Source: an uncultured Verrucomicrobiae bacterium (GTDB taxonomy: Bacteria > Verrucomicrobiota > Verrucomicrobiia > Chthoniobacterales > Terrimicrobiaceae). From it: DNA of 64,000 nucleotides. The stretch is taken from the NCBI GenBank assembly GCA_963706955.1, contig CAVPOC010000008.1, positions 128,001 through 192,000 of the forward strand, in the 5' to 3' direction. The position numbers and the translations under genes were made by a program. Below the pieces are notes generated by a model. That model saw only the letters and a list, made by a program, of their open reading frames with translations, searched no databases and was not told where the DNA came from. This document shows positions 61,196 to 64,000 of this stretch, piece by piece. The stretch's first letter is position 1; each line of letters starts with the position of its first letter.

Positions 61196-62432
61196 TCAGG
61201 GATGCGCCGCGCAGGGTTTGTCGCTGGCGGGAAGCGAAATACCGAGCAGGACAGCGGCAATTGTGCCAATTGCCAGATAGACCCAACCGAGCGGCGCCTG
61301 AGAGGTTTCCGGCAGATAGGCGGCCAGGGCCATTGTCACGCTAACCGCAAGGTAGCAAAGTGAACTAATGAAACCGCCGAGCAGTCCCAAGTTGCTGGAG
61401 AAAAGCCCGAGCGCCATTCCGTACATCGTCGGGCAAAGAGTTCCACATCCGGCGAGCGCCAGCATGCCGCCTATGGTGATGGGAAAGAACGAGGCGCCGA
61501 CAAGCAATCCGCTGATCAGAAGAATAAGAGTCCCGATAAGGTAGATCCAGAGGGCACCGAAGCAGAGTTGCCTCGGGCTGGTGCGCGTCGCCAACGATGT
61601 GCAGGCCATTTCGCCGGTCAAGTTGGCGCCGCCGATGACCAACGCGATTAAACCGTATGCTCCTGCGGAGAGTCCGAGATTCTGCTGAAAGAGAAATGGC
61701 GCCACGACCCCGAAGACCAGCTGCGCACTGGCGATAAGACCAAAAACGGCCGTGTAGGCAACAAAGCGGACGTTGGCAAGCGCAGCAAACAAGACTTTGC
61801 CCGCGCCTGCCGGACGGAAGCGGACACGTCTGTCGGTCGGAAGCGTTTCCGGGAGACGAAAGAAGACGAGCGCGCCAATCAAGCCTGCCAAAATCGCAAT
61901 GCCCGCGAAAACAAACCGCCAGGACAAATATTGAACCAGAAGTCCACCCACGGCAGGCGCGATCACCGGAGCGAGCCCCCAGGCGATGCCCAACAATCCG
62001 GAGATTGATGTCAGTTGTGACCCGCGAAAGAGATCAGCAGCCACCGCATAGGGAACGACCATGCAGGTGGCCGCAGCGATACCTTGCAAAAGTCGGAATG
62101 CAAGCAACGTCCAAATCTCGGTCGCAGCCGCACAGCCGAGACTGGCTACGATCAAGAGCGACAGCCCGGCGAGGAGGGGGCCTTTGCGCCCCCAAGAATC
62201 GGCCAGCATTCCGAGCGGGATGAGCGCCAGACACATGCCGACCACGTAAACGGTGACGGTGTTCTGGACGAGGGCGTTCGAGGAAGCGAGATCCCGCACC
62301 ATGTCGGGCATCGCGGGTGTATAGGCATCCAAAAGGAATTTGACTTAGCGGAATAACCGTAAGGAGCAACGCCACAACGCCGCGGGGCTCAGCCAGAGGT
62401 TGAGCCCGCGTTTCAGAAATCTGATCATTCAA
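61196..62432 (-). CDS. Bcr/CflA-family MFS drug-resistance transporter; frameshift near 62335
   Basis: DAYTPAMP, GMLADSWGRK, FRLLQG, APAVGG, LPETLP; N-terminus is in another frame. Confidence 0.85.
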
Positions 62433-62448
62433 CCCCGGCACGGCGGCG

Positions 62449-63969
62449 CTAGGTAAGACCGTCAAAATACCCGAAGAAGACACCGTCAGGATCATACTTG
62501 TCGCGCAGGTCTGCCAAACGCTTCCAACCTTCCGGAGAGAAGGCTCCGGTCGCCTCGGAAGGGATAGCGACGGGATCGGTCTCGCCGATATAATAGCCAG
62601 TGATGTAAGGCTTCATGAGCGCGACACATTCCTGATGCCATCTGCTATTGGATTCGTCATCGGCCGGGTCCTTCCACATTGTCCACGGACCTCCATAGAT
62701 GCGCGCACTGAGAGAAAGGGCGGCATTCGGAAGCGGCGCCGGAACGTTCGGTCCCGTGAAGATAGCAAAGAGGACGAGCGTGGTCGCCGATGGCGCTTTG
62801 GTCATGTGCTGGCTAACAGCCCGCACGATCTCTCCGGGATTGGAGTTAGAAAAGATCGCCTTGACGCGATTGCGCATCCCCTCCGGCCAAAGCGCGCCGG
62901 AAGCGTCAAACATTTCGTCAAAGACGAGGGGTTTGATCGGTGTTTGCATCAGGCATCTGTCGATGGCGGGACAGTCTTCGAAAGGCTGCAGAGCAGCCTT
63001 CGCCTCCTCCGCCGAATCAGCAAAGACAGCCGGTGAAACCATGCAGAGCTTGCCGCCATTGGCCGCCGCCGCTTCTTTTAACTCAGGCGGAGCGGTTAAG
63101 AGGAACACGCTTAGCTCGACAGCAGGCGACAACCGCGGAGCAATATTGCCGAGCCATTCGGCGACACTCGGCGCGTCGCTCAACGAGTAATAGTAAGTGA
63201 CGCCGTGAATGGCCTTCGGCAGGGGATAGAGTTTGAGGTGATAGCGCGTGACCACGCCGAAAAACCCGTAGCCAGCGCCCCGAGCCGCCCAAAAGTAGTC
63301 GGAATGATCACGTTCGTTAGCGGTGATGAGTTTGCCTTCGGCGGTGACTAGTTCAACGGCTTCGACGCTCTCATTGCCATAGCCCCAGACCCCCTGATTC
63401 CATGACATCCCACCGCCCAAAAGGTATCCACTTAGTTTGACCTGTGGACAGTGGCCACTCGGATAAGCCAGTCCTTCGGCATTGAGCACCCTTTGGATTT
63501 CGCGATTGCTAATGATCGGTTGCACCACCGCTTTGCGCGTCCCGGCATCGATGGAGATCACTTTGTTAAGATCTTTCAAATCGATGAGCAAACCGCCATT
63601 CCTGAGCGTCGGTTGACACCAGTTGTGGCCGCCACCGCGCACGACCACCTTCAACTTCTTCTCCCGCGCAAATTGAATCGAAGAAATGACGTCCTGTTCG
63701 TCGGCGGCGCAAACCACGATCTGCGGAGCGCGTTCGGGAACAAGGCGATTCCACAATCCACCGTAAACACGTTCCGCAAACTCCGGCTCACCAGCCCCGA
63801 TAACGGCTCCCCGGCAGACCTGCCTCAGCGCCTCGGGGCTTCCCGCTGGCATGGTGACCTCTGAAGGTTGCCCGCGGGCGGACGGGCCAAGGAGGGGGCC
63901 AGCGGCGGCGGCGCCGGCTCCCGCCACGAACTGGCGGCGAGAAAGCGAATCATTGCCGTCCATCGGCAC
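62449..63969 (-). CDS. Tat-exported FAD-binding oxidoreductase (berberine-bridge-enzyme-like)
   Basis: SRRQFV Tat motif, RGGGHNW, GHCPQV, FWAARGAG, KYDPDGVF. Confidence 0.9.
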   Translation of the reverse strand: MPMDGNDSLSRRQFVAGAGAAAAGPLLGPSARGQPSEVTMPAGSPEALRQVCRGAVIGAGEPEFAERVYGGLWNRLVPERAPQIVVCAADEQDVISSIQFAREKKLKVVVRGGGHNWCQPTLRNGGLLIDLKDLNKVISIDAGTRKAVVQPIISNREIQRVLNAEGLAYPSGHCPQVKLSGYLLGGGMSWNQGVWGYGNESVEAVELVTAEGKLITANERDHSDYFWAARGAGYGFFGVVTRYHLKLYPLPKAIHGVTYYYSLSDAPSVAEWLGNIAPRLSPAVELSVFLLTAPPELKEAAAANGGKLCMVSPAVFADSAEEAKAALQPFEDCPAIDRCLMQTPIKPLVFDEMFDASGALWPEGMRNRVKAIFSNSNPGEIVRAVSQHMTKAPSATTLVLFAIFTGPNVPAPLPNAALSLSARIYGGPWTMWKDPADDESNSRWHQECVALMKPYITGYYIGETDPVAIPSEATGAFSPEGWKRLADLRDKYDPDGVFFGYFDGLT

Positions 63970-64000
63970 CTCGGCAAGAAGAGCCTCTCGTCACCAGGGG

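Overview
GC-rich bacterial chromosomal segment; the repeat families and several hypothetical proteins suggest a soil Verrucomicrobiota (Chthoniobacterales-like) genome (inference). 1-16 kb is mostly core: a PTS operon (EIIA-HPr-EI fusion plus glucose- and GlcNAc-type EIIC-B-B permeases), GT87 and GT9 glycosyltransferases, a TIR protein, rsmE, rfbD and rfbB, with REP-type palindromes between genes. About 16-55 kb is a patchwork accessory region of unrelated genes, operon fragments and pseudogenes with abrupt composition shifts. It is punctuated by about 20 short ends of the form GGGGTC(A/G)G... / ...C(T/C)GACCCC. These ends bound a family of ~200-250 bp MITE-like elements and terminate two remnants of a REP-associated (RAYT-like) HUH/Y1 tyrosine transposase. 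They also sit at the breakpoints of truncated genes and at both borders of one copy of a 2.09 kb duplication. The main hypothesis is an HUH-transposase-driven gene-capture and accretion island, integron-like in outcome but with no integrase in the window. 55-64 kb holds mostly ordinary transport and metabolic genes plus a candidate leader-peptide attenuator. Many single-base frameshifts, some in housekeeping genes, suggest assembly indels, so pseudogene calls need caution. No rRNA, tRNA or CRISPR array was seen. All calls are from reading the sequence by eye; no database searches were run.
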